From contig JALOTJ010000009.1 in assembly GCA_025457965.1 (NCBI GenBank), positions 2,961 to 66,960 of the forward strand: a DNA stretch of 64,000 bases, in the 5' to 3' direction. This stretch comes from Spirochaetota bacterium (lineage in GTDB: Bacteria; Spirochaetota; UBA4802; UBA5368). This document shows positions 16,608 through 26,853 of this stretch, in pieces (positions within the stretch are counted from its first letter, which is position 1; every line of letters starts with the position of its first letter). A program made the translations under genes and the position numbers. Under the pieces are notes generated by a model, which was not told where the DNA came from, made no database searches, and worked only from the letters and a program-made list of their open reading frames with translations.

Positions 16608-17714
16608 TCAGAGGCGGTTTCGCAGTGCCGCGAGCGAGGCGGCGATTGGGTCGCCCGGCGAAGCGGATGTTCCCGCCCCCGCGATGTCGGCGACGAACCC
16701 GGTCGCATCGCCGCATAATGCCGGCTGGACGAGCCATGGCCCCCCGGCGACCCTTTCGGCCAGCGCTGCCATCTCGCGCTGGTAGGCCGGCTTTTCGAGC
16801 CGCGCGATCCAGAGACGGTTCTCGCTCCACGCGAGCATCGGGAGATCTCCGGGGCTGTCCCCCGCGGCAAGATACGGTTGTTCTCCGATCAGGTCGAGAA
16901 TGCACGCGACCTTCCCGGAATACGTCGGTGCGGGGAAGTTGAGCCGGGCGGTAAGCCTGAGACCGGACAGGTATTCCGCGTTCATATCGGCGTACCGTGG
17001 CTCGTTACGCACGAGGAGATGGTCCTTGTGAAGCCTTCCCTCCCGGTCGGCAAGCAGCGTGGACACGCCGATCACGTGCTCAGGCGCTATGCCTGTTTCG
17101 CAACCACGGGCGGCAAGCTCCGGGTTGAGCGCGCGCAGCACCATCCAGCGGATGGTCCACACGTTGCTGGCCGAGAAGATCCACACGTCGTAGCGGCTCG
17201 CGATGAGCGCGGCGATGAGCTCAAGCATCTCGGGATAAAAGAACGGGACGGGATAGGAACTGACGCCCGGCGTGACCTCGATGCGCCCGGGTACGAAGGG
17301 CTCGCTTTGTGCGTGGACCCGCTCCGTGGCACTGATCACGTCGTCAGGAGAAAGCCCCTGCATCACCTCAACCGCCCAGACGTAGCCGCTGGAGAGCGGG
17401 GCGAAGTCGTCCTTGTGGTGCGCCGTCGCGCCGAGGATCTCCTCGTAGTAGACCGTAAGGTCCGGGCAACCGGCGAGGGAAATCGTTTTTCCGTTTGAAG
17501 ACCGGAAGGGCGGCGCGATCACGGCCGGTATGCCGTCCCTGGAGATACCACCCTCTTTCGCGAGCATCGCGAGTGTCGCCTCGCCGATATCGCCGCAGAC
17601 GATGGTGTTGTCGAAATCGAACACCACCGGAAGGTTCTTTCCCGAGCCCGATTCGATGAGCCTTTCGAGTCCCGAGCGCGTCCGCTCCGACCAGCCCTTT
17701 TCCGTGAGCACCAT
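16608..17714 (-). CDS. HAD-superfamily hydrolase (phosphatase-like)
   Basis: DxDxT motif VVFDFDNTIV. 368 aa. Start ATG overlaps the stop of the upstream MFS gene by 1 nt (TAATG). Confidence 0.75.
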   Translation of the reverse strand: MVLTEKGWSERTRSGLERLIESGSGKNLPVVFDFDNTIVCGDIGEATLAMLAKEGGISRDGIPAVIAPPFRSSNGKTISLAGCPDLTVYYEEILGATAHHKDDFAPLSSGYVWAVEVMQGLSPDDVISATERVHAQSEPFVPGRIEVTPGVSSYPVPFFYPEMLELIAALIASRYDVWIFSASNVWTIRWMVLRALNPELAARGCETGIAPEHVIGVSTLLADREGRLHKDHLLVRNEPRYADMNAEYLSGLRLTARLNFPAPTYSGKVACILDLIGEQPYLAAGDSPGDLPMLAWSENRLWIARLEKPAYQREMAALAERVAGGPWLVQPALCGDATGFVADIAGAGTSASPGDPIAASLAALRNRL

Positions 17715-19012
17715 TATTTTACCCCCTTGGGCCGCGCATTCCAGATCGAGACCATCAGCAGGGCCGAAAGCACGGAGAGCCCCGCGAGCACCCAGAACAC
17801 AAGCGACCAGTCGCCCTCCGCGAAATCTTTAAGAAGGCCTATGCCCGCACCGGAAAAAATCGCGCCGGTCGCCCCGAGGCTCATGGTGAGCCCCGTGGCG
17901 ATCGAGGCGGCGCGCGGGTGGCTGAGGTCGATCGTGGCCGCGCCGCTCATGAGCATGTCGGGCCCGTAGATGAGGAAGCCGGCCAGTCCGAGCATGGCCG
18001 TGGCGAGCACCCACGAACCGGCTGGTATCGCGACGAAGACCGCGCAGACCCCGGCAAGACCGAAGAGCATGATCGCGCAGACGGGCGCGCGCCGGCGGTC
18101 GAACAGGTGGTCCGATGCCCAGCCGGCGGCGATGGCGCCGAGCGAGCCGATCAGCGGTATGGCAATGGCGGTGAAGGCGCTTCCTTTAATGCTCTGCCCC
18201 TGGAAGTCGGCCATGTACTGCACGGTCCAGTTCATGAAGGTGTAGCGCACCGAGTTCATGCAGAAGAAACCGAGTCCGAGGATCCAGATCAACCTGTTCT
18301 GGAGGGTCATGATAAGAATGTCACGGGTGGACAAAACCCCGCCCGGCGCAGGTTCGCCCGGTCCGGAATGATGCCCGAGGTCGTCCCTGATGGGTGGAAA
18401 GCCCGCGTCCTCGGGCCTGTTGCGAAGGCCGATGGCGAAGATGAGGGCCATGGGGATGAGAATGAGCCCCGGCACCATGAAGGCGGCGCGCCAGCCGAGA
18501 GAATCGCACAGGAAACCCGCCAGAAGCCAGGAGACGACGTTGCCGACCTGGTAACAGGTCGATATGAGCCCGACGAGCATGCCGCGACGCTCCGAGGTGT
18601 TCCAGTTGGAGAGCGTCTGGATGAGCAGCGACCATCCGGCCGACTGGGCGTAGCCGTTGACGGCCCAGAGGACCAGCATCATACCGAACGATGAGCTGAC
18701 CGAGAACAGCATGTTTGTCACCGCGGCCCCGACGAGCGCCACGGTCATAAGGCGCCTGGCCCCGAAGCGTTCGCCGAGGGTGCCGTTGATGACCTGACCC
18801 ACGGCATAACACATGGCATATATGGAGGGTATCAGCCCGATCTGAGCGGCGGTCCAGGTCGGGAATTCGCGCAGGATCAGGGGCTGTGCGACCGCAAAAT
18901 TGACCCTGCACAGATAATATGATGCGTACCCGGCCCAGAGGAGCCAGAAAATCCTGAGCTGCCATGCTCGCAGGGAGGCCGTGTGCGGCCCGTGTGCGGT
19001 GAGGTTTTTCAT
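17714..19012 (-). CDS. MFS transporter, organophosphate:phosphate antiporter (GlpT/UhpC-like) family
   Basis: 432 aa with 12 TM-like segments. N-terminal LLWAGYASYYLCRVNFAVAQP resembles the OPA-family signature. Confidence 0.8.
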   Translation of the reverse strand: MKNLTAHGPHTASLRAWQLRIFWLLWAGYASYYLCRVNFAVAQPLILREFPTWTAAQIGLIPSIYAMCYAVGQVINGTLGERFGARRLMTVALVGAAVTNMLFSVSSSFGMMLVLWAVNGYAQSAGWSLLIQTLSNWNTSERRGMLVGLISTCYQVGNVVSWLLAGFLCDSLGWRAAFMVPGLILIPMALIFAIGLRNRPEDAGFPPIRDDLGHHSGPGEPAPGGVLSTRDILIMTLQNRLIWILGLGFFCMNSVRYTFMNWTVQYMADFQGQSIKGSAFTAIAIPLIGSLGAIAAGWASDHLFDRRRAPVCAIMLFGLAGVCAVFVAIPAGSWVLATAMLGLAGFLIYGPDMLMSGAATIDLSHPRAASIATGLTMSLGATGAIFSGAGIGLLKDFAEGDWSLVFWVLAGLSVLSALLMVSIWNARPKGVK

Positions 19013-19208
19013 GGGACCATCCTTTACGTAAATTCGAGGATGCGGTGCTGATTTTCATGAATAAAACAGGCCGCGTCAAGAGAATCACAGCCATGCCGCT
19101 GTGAAAATATTATGAATAGACGAGTAAGAATGCGCAGTTCTTTCACGGGATGTCCGAAAAGGGTCTTCGAGTAAAAGTATTTTATATAAAATTAATAATA
19201 AAAAAATA

Positions 19209-19237
19209 TTGACGCCTGAAGGAGCGGTGAATATAAT
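19209..19237 (+). promoter_or_regulatory. near-consensus sigma70 promoter in an AT-rich island
   Basis: TTGACG (19209-19214), 17 nt, TATAAT (19232-19237), upstream of the SDR gene start at 19343. Confidence 0.55.
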
Positions 19238-19342
19238 TCATAATATGAGCGTCATTCATTTATTTTATCGGAGCAGGGTGTGCCGTATCGTTTCCGGCCC
19301 GCCGGCATGGTCGTTAGTACAGCCCTGGCAGGGAGGTTTGTT

Positions 19343-20179
19343 ATGTATGAAGATTTAAAGGGCAAGACGGCGCTGATCACCGGTTCGGGTAAAAAGACCG
19401 GCATGGGGTACGGCATAGCCGAAAAGCTCGCCGCGCACGGAACCAATGTCATTATTTCCGACCTGGGTAAAAAGACTGGAGAGCAAGACCCCGTAAAGAT
19501 TGGCTCGATCGACGAGATGGAGACGATCGCCGGTGAGCTTGGAAAAAAGTACGGTGTAAAGGTGATCGCGGTGCCGATGGACGTTGTCGATAACGCATCG
19601 ATCAGCGCGGCGGTCGATGCGATCAAAAAAAGTTTTGACCACGTCGACATTCTCTGCAACAACGCGGGCGCTTCGTTCGGCGTTCCTAATACGGTCATGA
19701 ATTACGATGAGGCGGCCTGGATGCGGACGGTCGACGTCAACCTCTTCAGCGTGTTTCGCGTTTCACGCGCTTTGATACCGCTTATGTTCGGGAAGCCCGC
19801 GTCGATCATTAACACGTCCTCCCGGGCGGGGAAGGTGCCTCCAATTTTCAACAGCGCGTACGCCGTGGCCAAGGCGGGCGTCATCATGCTCACAAAAACA
19901 ATGGCGAAGGAGCTGGGCGCGGCCAACATCCGCGTCAACGCGATATGCCCGGGCCAGATCATGACCGATCTCGAGAAGTGGCGCTTCGGCCTCGAGGCGC
20001 AGTTCTTTAATACGACGGTCGAGGAGCGGGAGAAGGAAATGTGCAAGACCATTCCGCTTGGATACATCGGTGAAATACATGACGCGGGCAGCCTCGCGGC
20101 GTTTCTCGCCTCGGAGGAATCGCGTTATATCACCGGCCAGGCGCTCAACCTGGACGGCGGGCAGTGCATGGAGCTGTAG
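19343..20179 (+). CDS. SDR family oxidoreductase
   Basis: GGGAGG SD. MYEDLKGKTALITGSGKKTGMGYGIA Rossmann motif. NNAG and Y..AK catalytic motifs. Confidence 0.85.
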   Translation: MYEDLKGKTALITGSGKKTGMGYGIAEKLAAHGTNVIISDLGKKTGEQDPVKIGSIDEMETIAGELGKKYGVKVIAVPMDVVDNASISAAVDAIKKSFDHVDILCNNAGASFGVPNTVMNYDEAAWMRTVDVNLFSVFRVSRALIPLMFGKPASIINTSSRAGKVPPIFNSAYAVAKAGVIMLTKTMAKELGAANIRVNAICPGQIMTDLEKWRFGLEAQFFNTTVEEREKEMCKTIPLGYIGEIHDAGSLAAFLASEESRYITGQALNLDGGQCMEL

Positions 20180-20236
20180 GGAATACTCGCGGCGGGGCGC
20201 ATCCCGCCGTATAATCAAATCAAGGGAGAGACTGTA

Positions 20237-21934
20237 ATGGAAAAGGTTATCGGCGGACAGCTGGCGGCGGAAGCGCTCATCGACAGGGGCGTGGAGTACA
20301 TCTTCACTCTCAGCGGCGGGCATATCACGCCCATCTATCAGTTCCTGGAAAACACAAAGGTGAAGCTATTCGCCACGCGGCACGAGCAGGCGGCGGTGTT
20401 CATGGCCGAGGCCTGGGCGCGCATGACGCGCAAGCCGGCGGTGGCGATGGTGACGGCGGGCCCCGGATTCACGAACGCTCTTACGGGCATTGCCAGCGCG
20501 CGCCTCTCGAACGCGCCGGTGATCCTGATCTCGGGATGCGTCGGTCTCGAAAGCGCGGAAAAGCTTGACCTTCAGGATATGACCCAGCTTCCGGTGATCG
20601 CACCGATGGTAAAGAAGGCGCTTGTGTGTCACAACGTGGAGCGCATACCGGAGTTCATCGACATGGCGTTCCGCTACGCCGAAAACGGCAGGCCAGGCCC
20701 GATTTATCTCGAGCTTCCCTGCGACGTGCTTAACGCAACGGCGGACATGACCAAGGTGAAACGGTACTCGAGTGTGGTCGAAAAGCGCATAGTCGACCTC
20801 GAGAGTGCGGAGAAAATAGTGAATATGCTTAAAGAAGCGAAGAACCCGCTGGTGATCGCGGGAAGTGGGGCGTATTATTCAGACGCCGGCGCCGAGATCA
20901 CCGAGCTTATCGAAAAGACGGGCATGCCGGTCTTTACAATGGCCGGCTCGCGCGGTCTCGTTCCGGACACGCATCCGCAGTGTTTCGAGTCGTCACTCGC
21001 CATCAGGCCGGGCGCGTCCTTCATGGCCAACATCGGCACCGATATGGTGCTCTTCCTGGGGGGACGTCTCAGCCTCTTCTATATCTTCGGCGACATCTTT
21101 CCCTCCACGGCAAAATTCGTCCAGGTGGATATCGAGCCCGAGGAGATCGGCAGGAACCGCTCCATCAACCTGGGCGTCGTGAGTGACATCAAGGCGCTTG
21201 TCAAAGAGCTCAACAGGATCATCGACGCGAAGAAGCTCGGCGGCGAATTCAAAAAGCAGTTCGCCCCCTGGATGGAGTATCTCAGGAAGTCCGACGCCGA
21301 AGGCAAAGAACAGGCGAAGCCGATGTGGGAGAGCAAGGACGTTCCGATCCATCCGCTCCGTCTCTCGCGCGAGATCAATGATTTCATGGACCGCGAGGAC
21401 GATATCGTGGTGGCGGACGGCGGCGATACCTCCACCTGGATGGGAATGACCCGTACGGTCAAGCGTCCCGGCACCTATCTTGACTATGGCCTCTATGGCT
21501 GCCTGGCCGTTGGCCTTCCCTATGCCAACGCGGCGAAGATCAAGAATCCCGACAAGCGCGTTCTCCTCGTTATCGGCGACGGCTCGGTCGGATTCAACTT
21601 CATGGAATTCCAGACCGCGATCAAGAACAATCTTCCGATCGTGGTGGTCGTGGCCAATGACACGCTGTGGGGCATGATCGCCCACAGCCAGACGCTGCGG
21701 CTGGGTCATGCGATAAAGGACGGCACAGACATCGGCGTGGTCCATTACGAAAAGCTGGTCGAGGCATTGGGTGGATTCGGCGCCTTCGTAGAAAAGCCCG
21801 AGGACATACGGCCCGCGATCGAGGCGGCATTCAAATCCGGCAAGACCGCGTGCGTCAACGTGATGGTGGACCCGTCCACGATCAGTCCCGGAAGCGTCGC
21901 GCTCGCCAATCTCGGCGGCTACAAGGTGGGGTGA
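20237..21934 (+). CDS. thiamine-diphosphate-dependent enzyme (acetolactate synthase / 2-hydroxyacyl-CoA lyase / oxalyl-CoA decarboxylase-like)
   Basis: 565 aa. RHEQAAVFMAEAWAR ... TAGPGFTNALTG. ThDP motif GDGSVGFNFMEFQTAIKNNLPIVVVVANDT. Confidence 0.85.
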   Translation: MEKVIGGQLAAEALIDRGVEYIFTLSGGHITPIYQFLENTKVKLFATRHEQAAVFMAEAWARMTRKPAVAMVTAGPGFTNALTGIASARLSNAPVILISGCVGLESAEKLDLQDMTQLPVIAPMVKKALVCHNVERIPEFIDMAFRYAENGRPGPIYLELPCDVLNATADMTKVKRYSSVVEKRIVDLESAEKIVNMLKEAKNPLVIAGSGAYYSDAGAEITELIEKTGMPVFTMAGSRGLVPDTHPQCFESSLAIRPGASFMANIGTDMVLFLGGRLSLFYIFGDIFPSTAKFVQVDIEPEEIGRNRSINLGVVSDIKALVKELNRIIDAKKLGGEFKKQFAPWMEYLRKSDAEGKEQAKPMWESKDVPIHPLRLSREINDFMDREDDIVVADGGDTSTWMGMTRTVKRPGTYLDYGLYGCLAVGLPYANAAKIKNPDKRVLLVIGDGSVGFNFMEFQTAIKNNLPIVVVVANDTLWGMIAHSQTLRLGHAIKDGTDIGVVHYEKLVEALGGFGAFVEKPEDIRPAIEAAFKSGKTACVNVMVDPSTISPGSVALANLGGYKVG

Positions 21935-21983
21935 AATGGCGGTCATTCGGAGCGTTCTGAACGCCAGGAATCTCTGATGCGCC

Positions 21984-22024
21984 AAAAGGCCTTCCCGCGA
22001 GAGCTTGCGGGAAGGCCTTTTGTT
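21984..22024 (+). terminator. rho-independent terminator
   Basis: Perfect 15-bp stem AAAAGGCCTTCCCGC / GCGGGAAGGCCTTTT with an 8-nt loop, followed by a T-rich tail. Confidence 0.8.
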
Positions 22025-22075
22025 ATATCGGTTGTGCACAATGCAACGATATTTCAATAGTGCGAGGGAAACAGC

Positions 22076-22891
22076 ATGAAAGACAAGGTGATCGTGGTCA
22101 CTGGCGGCGCGAGTGGAATCGGCGCGGCGATCTGCGAGAAGTTCGGCCGGGAGGGCTCCAGGGTGGCGGTACTTGATTTTGACCCGAAGGCCCTCGCACG
22201 CCAGGAGAAGCGCCTGCGCTCGATGGGTGTGGACGTCCTCGGTGTAAAATGCGACGTCACCAGCGGGAAGCAGTGCGTTTCTGCCATGATGGCCGTTATC
22301 AAGCGCTTCGGTGGAATTGACATACTGGTCAACAACGCCGGCATAACGCAGCGAAGCACGTTTCGCAACACGAGCATGGACGTGTACCGTCGCGTCATGG
22401 AAGTCAATTTTTTCGGGGCGCTTAACTGCACAAAACCCGCGATCGAGTCGCTTGTTGAGCGCAAAGGCGTCATAATCGTTACGACAAGCCTCGCGGGATT
22501 CGCGCCGCTCTACGGCCGGACCGGATATTCGGCGAGCAAGCACGCCCTGCACGGGTTTTTCCATTCGCTGCGCTCGGAGATGGCGCACCTGGGCGTGCAT
22601 GTCATGATGCTCTGCCCGGGGTTTACGGCTACGAATCTGCAGAGCCGGGCGCTTGACGGCAGCGGGAAGCTCAACAAGGGCGACCGGTCGACGGTGGGCA
22701 AAGAGGCGACACCGGAAAGCGTTGCCGATGAAGTATACCGCGGTGTACTGAAAAGGAAACGGGAACTCGTCCTGACGCCGGTGGGTAAATTCATGCACCA
22801 CTTCGTCTTGCGCTTCATGCCGGCATGGTACGAGCGGCAGATGACCAAAAAAATAAAGCCGGAATTCGACCGAAACGAGGACGGGAAATAG
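22076..22891 (+). CDS. SDR family oxidoreductase
   Basis: MKDKVIVVTGGASGIGAAICEKF, NNAG, YSASK motifs. Confidence 0.9.
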   Translation: MKDKVIVVTGGASGIGAAICEKFGREGSRVAVLDFDPKALARQEKRLRSMGVDVLGVKCDVTSGKQCVSAMMAVIKRFGGIDILVNNAGITQRSTFRNTSMDVYRRVMEVNFFGALNCTKPAIESLVERKGVIIVTTSLAGFAPLYGRTGYSASKHALHGFFHSLRSEMAHLGVHVMMLCPGFTATNLQSRALDGSGKLNKGDRSTVGKEATPESVADEVYRGVLKRKRELVLTPVGKFMHHFVLRFMPAWYERQMTKKIKPEFDRNEDGK

Positions 22892-23103
22892 CGCGCGGAA
22901 TTTATTGGGGATGGTGTGCCGAGTTTTGTGATAGCAAGATGGTCACTGGTCCGGCCGCCGGTCGAACCAGTGGTCGAAGTCTATCCCGGTTCCATGGATG
23001 GATACGGTGCAAGGTTTGGTTGCTGGACTCGCGGTGCCGTCGAACACGGTATTGAAAGCGGGCCAGATAAAAAGAGCTCGTAAACGGAGCCGGGAGGCGC
23101 GCC

Positions 23104-24660
23104 ATGAGAAAGGGGCTAGCAGGGTATTTTCTTCAGCGGTATATTGAGACTGGATCGTTTCTGCTCCAGCAGAAGGTGCGGCTTCTCGTTTATTTCAATC
23201 TTGTGCTCTTCGGCCTCATGCCGCCGGCCATCGTCGGGCTCAATTTGATCCAGGAACGCGGCATAGTAAGCCTTATGAATGTCGTTCTGGTTCTGGTTGT
23301 ACTGGTGACCGTTCTCAGTTTGGTGCTGATTCGCAAGGGGTTTTATAACACGGCCGCCAACATCGTTGCCATCTGCACCTCGGCGGGGATCGTGGGGATG
23401 GCGTTCAATGCTCACGATTTCCGGAACGCCGACCATATCAGCAATTTCTTTTATATGTCATCCATTATCGTCTTCGCGGCGCTCTTCTGCCGCAAGGTGA
23501 TGGTGATCGGCATCAGCGCTTTTTTCCTGGCGAGCGGTGTTTATTCATATATCAGGGTTATGCCGCTGCTCGACGAGGTGTACCAGAAGGTGGCTCAGGG
23601 AATGGTGGGGGATTATATCTTCGCCGCGCTTCTTACCGCGGTGCTTTCGTATATTACTGTAATGATCCACGAGACGAGCAATCGCTACGCGCTCGATGAG
23701 GCCGAGAAGAACCGCAGGCAGTGCGAGACGACCGACGCGCTCCTGTATTCGGTGCAGGGCATCGCGGCTACGCTCGCCGAATCCTCCGGGAAGATGTCGG
23801 CGACCTCTTCCTCGTTCTCGGACAACGCGCAGTCGCAGGCCGCCTCGGCGGAGGAGATAACCTCGACTATCGAGGAGATCTCGGCCGGCGTGGAGAACGT
23901 GGCCGAAGGCGTGGCCCGTCAGTACGCGATGGTCGCGAATCTGCTATCGGGGATACGGGAACTCTCCGGCATCATTACCGTGATGAGTACGCGGATCGAG
24001 GAATCGGCCGGTCATGCTTCCGAGATATCGGGTCAGGGCGCGTCGGGAGAGCGCTCGCTTTCGGCCATGAGCGAGGGCATGAAGAACATCATGCAGAGCT
24101 CGCGCGACATGAACGGTATCATTGGAATCATCAACGATATCGCCGACCAGATCAATCTGCTGTCGTTGAACGCGGCCATAGAGGCCGCGAGGGCCGGTGA
24201 CGCGGGAAGGGGCTTCGCCGTTGTGGCTGACGAGATTTCAAAGCTCGCCGACAGGACCGCGTCGAGCATCAAGGATATCTCAACGCTCATCGGTATGAAT
24301 GAAAAGGAGATCAACCGGGGAATCGCGGACGCATCGAATGTAATGGGCCTGATGAACGGTATAGTGAGCGGGATCGAGGGGATCAGCTCGAGGATGGGCG
24401 ACATCCTGAATTACCTGAAGCAACAGGTTCAAACGAGCGGCCGTGTCGAAAAGGACGCCGAATCCCTCCGGGCAGTTTCGGACGAGATCAAAACAGCCGC
24501 GGAGGAACAGAAGGTGGCGGCCTCCGAGATAACAAGGTCAATCTCGATCATAAACGAAATCGCGCAGTCAAATGCGGATGGTGCCGGTCAGATCGCCGAG
24601 GGGGCGCGCGAACTGGCGGTGGTCGCCGAGACCATGAAAGGGAAGGTAACGTCATTTTAA
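23104..24660 (+). CDS. methyl-accepting chemotaxis protein with a roughly 6-TM N-terminal membrane module
   Basis: Highly conserved signalling hairpin [33 protein letters not shown]-terminal 190 aa consist of six hydrophobic segments with short loops. Confidence 0.9.
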   Translation: MRKGLAGYFLQRYIETGSFLLQQKVRLLVYFNLVLFGLMPPAIVGLNLIQERGIVSLMNVVLVLVVLVTVLSLVLIRKGFYNTAANIVAICTSAGIVGMAFNAHDFRNADHISNFFYMSSIIVFAALFCRKVMVIGISAFFLASGVYSYIRVMPLLDEVYQKVAQGMVGDYIFAALLTAVLSYITVMIHETSNRYALDEAEKNRRQCETTDALLYSVQGIAATLAESSGKMSATSSSFSDNAQSQAASAEEITSTIEEISAGVENVAEGVARQYAMVANLLSGIRELSGIITVMSTRIEESAGHASEISGQGASGERSLSAMSEGMKNIMQSSRDMNGIIGIINDIADQINLLSLNAAIEAARAGDAGRGFAVVADEISKLADRTASSIKDISTLIGMNEKEINRGIADASNVMGLMNGIVSGIEGISSRMGDILNYLKQQVQTSGRVEKDAESLRAVSDEIKTAAEEQKVAASEITRSISIINEIAQSNADGAGQIAEGARELAVVAETMKGKVTSF

Positions 24661-24766
24661 TCAGGAATTGACGAAAAATTATTTTACAAATGCCCGTCAT
24701 TGATATTAATTTGAAGGAACGGGAACACATTACCCCGCATTCTGATTAAGGCCGACGGGCGAATCG

Positions 24767-25423
24767 ATGGGGCTTCAGGAACGACGCACGAGGGAGAAGG
24801 AACAGCGGAGACTGCAGATACTCGACGCGGCACGGTCGCTGGTATTAAAGTATGGCGTGTTCGCGGTATCGGTTCAACAGATCGCGAAGCTCGCCGAGCT
24901 GAGCGTCGGCACGATCTATCTGTATTTCGAGAGCAAGGAAGAGATCTTTGCCTCCCTGCAGCAGGAGATCCTCGACCTTATGTTCGAGGAGATGGAGGAA
25001 GCGATCAGGGGGGCTGCAGGACCGGCCGACGGCCTGAGGGTTATTGCCCGGGCATACAACAGCTTCAGCGTGGAAAACAAGAGATACTTCGATGTAATTA
25101 ATTATTTTCTCTCTCCATCCGACGTTATCTTCCCCCCCCACCTCAAGACCGAGATCGATCACCACGGCAATCGAATCCTATCCCTTGTCGTGGGAGTCAT
25201 CGAACGCGGAGTCCGCGAGGGTGTTTTCGAGGCGCCGAGTCCCAAGCGCTGCGCGATCGTAATGTGGGCCACGATCCACGGACTGATACAGTTCAGGAAG
25301 CTCCGCGACACGATCCTTCGCGATGAGAATTTCGACGAGCTTTACCGCTACAGTGTAGAGTGCTTCATTGCGGGCCTGGTTTGCGGAGCACAGCCACTCG
25401 ATCAGATCCTTCCCCGGAAATAA
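24767..25423 (+). CDS. TetR/AcrR family transcriptional regulator
   Basis: HTH ILDAARSLVLKYGVFAVSVQQIAKLAELSVGTIYLYF. Confidence 0.9.
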   Translation: MGLQERRTREKEQRRLQILDAARSLVLKYGVFAVSVQQIAKLAELSVGTIYLYFESKEEIFASLQQEILDLMFEEMEEAIRGAAGPADGLRVIARAYNSFSVENKRYFDVINYFLSPSDVIFPPHLKTEIDHHGNRILSLVVGVIERGVREGVFEAPSPKRCAIVMWATIHGLIQFRKLRDTILRDENFDELYRYSVECFIAGLVCGAQPLDQILPRK

Positions 25424-25458
25424 CCGCGGCTTCCGATACTGATCAACGGACCGAAATA

Positions 25459-26853
25459 ATGACGATCAACGCAACCCCGCGTGAACTCCTCCTCCATCTT
25501 CAGTCGGTCGTCGGCTCACTGCCGTGCAAGTATGCGGAGGCACGTGTTGCGCTGAATGAATCAACGGGGATTGCGCTTTCGGGCGATGAGGTGGATTCAA
25601 TCTCGTCAGGTGATTCGTGCGGAGGGTCGATCCGGATATTCAACAGGGGTGCGTGGAGTTTCGCATCGTTCAACGATCTGTCCGGGATTCCCTCGAGGGC
25701 AGGGGCGCTGCTTCGACGTTCGGCGATGCTTGCCGGTACCGCTCCGGGAATTTTCAGGTCGAAGCCGGTGGTCGCGCATTTCGCCACCCGGCCGGCAAGG
25801 GCGTGCGGGCTTGTTTCCTTTGATGAGAAGTTCGGCCTTATGCGCCGGTACAACGGCATTTTGAAAAAGCCGTCGCTCGTGCAGACGACGCGTTCGATGT
25901 ACCGCGATTCTCGCACCTTCAAACTTTACTGCAATACCGAGGGAACGGCCGTTTCGTACGAGCGCTCCTTCTGCGGCGTGTCATTCACCGCGATAGCGAA
26001 GGACGGGTCGCTCATCCAGCCCTTCTCCGAATCGGCGGCCGGCTTCGGCGGCTTCGAGCTCGCCCAGGGGCGCGAAGAGATGGCCGAACGAGCCGCGGGC
26101 ATGGCGGTCGACCTGCTTCATGCAGAGCCGGTGCCCGGCGGTACGTATGATGTCGTCATCGATCCGCACCTCGCCGGGGTGTTCATCCACGAGGCCTTCG
26201 GCCATCTCTCCGAGGCGGACTTCATCTACGAGAACGACAGGATGAAGGAGCTGATGGCGAATGGCCGTCGCGTGGGAGGCGAGAGTCTCTGCATTATTGA
26301 TGACGGTTCCCTTGAGGGATTGACCGGGTACATTCCGATCGACGACGAGGGTATAGTGCCCGGCCCCGCCCACCTGGTCAAAAACGGAGTGCTGAATGCC
26401 CATCTCCACTCGCGCGAAACGGCATACCGCATGGATGAAGCGCCGACCGGCAACGCGCGCGCGATATCGGCGACGGCCCAGCCTATCGTGCGGATGACCA
26501 ACACCTACATTGAAAACGGGCCGGACAGCCTCGAAGCTATGCTCGACGAGGCACAGGGCGGACTGTATGTCGCGGACGCGCTGGGAGGGCAGACCAACCT
26601 GGAGATGTTTACTTTTTCCGCGGGTTACGGGCGCGAAATAAAAAACGGCAGGCCCGGAAAGCTCTATCGTGACGTGATGCTTTCGGGGAACACCTTCCAG
26701 ACACTCGCGGATATCGCGATGATCGGAAACGACCGCGCCATGTTCGGCGGCCTCGGCGGATGCGGCAAAAAGGGGCAGTCTCCGCTTCCGGTTTCGTTCG
26801 GGGGGCCGCACCTCCTGATTAAGAACGTACTGATAGGCGGGAGGAACCGATGA
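25459..26853 (+). CDS. tldD: TldD-type metalloprotease (TldD/PmbA family)
   Basis: HExxxH motif HEAFGHLSEADF. C-terminal GGCGK...GGPHLLI pattern. ATG 25459 avoids overlap with the TetR gene. Confidence 0.85.
   Translation: MTINATPRELLLHLQSVVGSLPCKYAEARVALNESTGIALSGDEVDSISSGDSCGGSIRIFNRGAWSFASFNDLSGIPSRAGALLRRSAMLAGTAPGIFRSKPVVAHFATRPARACGLVSFDEKFGLMRRYNGILKKPSLVQTTRSMYRDSRTFKLYCNTEGTAVSYERSFCGVSFTAIAKDGSLIQPFSESAAGFGGFELAQGREEMAERAAGMAVDLLHAEPVPGGTYDVVIDPHLAGVFIHEAFGHLSEADFIYENDRMKELMANGRRVGGESLCIIDDGSLEGLTGYIPIDDEGIVPGPAHLVKNGVLNAHLHSRETAYRMDEAPTGNARAISATAQPIVRMTNTYIENGPDSLEAMLDEAQGGLYVADALGGQTNLEMFTFSAGYGREIKNGRPGKLYRDVMLSGNTFQTLADIAMIGNDRAMFGGLGGCGKKGQSPLPVSFGGPHLLIKNVLIGGRNR

Noticed and set aside
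16151-16905. 239-aa and 197-aa minus-strand ORFs overlapping the lipoprotein and HAD genes
   Set aside because: They are out of frame with better-supported genes and have Arg/Pro/Ser-rich composition.
20993-22801. 602-aa minus-strand ORF, the longest unexplained ORF in the track
   Set aside because: It is antisense to the ThDP enzyme and the second SDR, both of which have clear family motifs. It also runs straight through an intergenic region containing a 15-bp-stem terminator. Its Arg/His/Ala-rich composition is typical of off-frame ORFs in GC-rich DNA.
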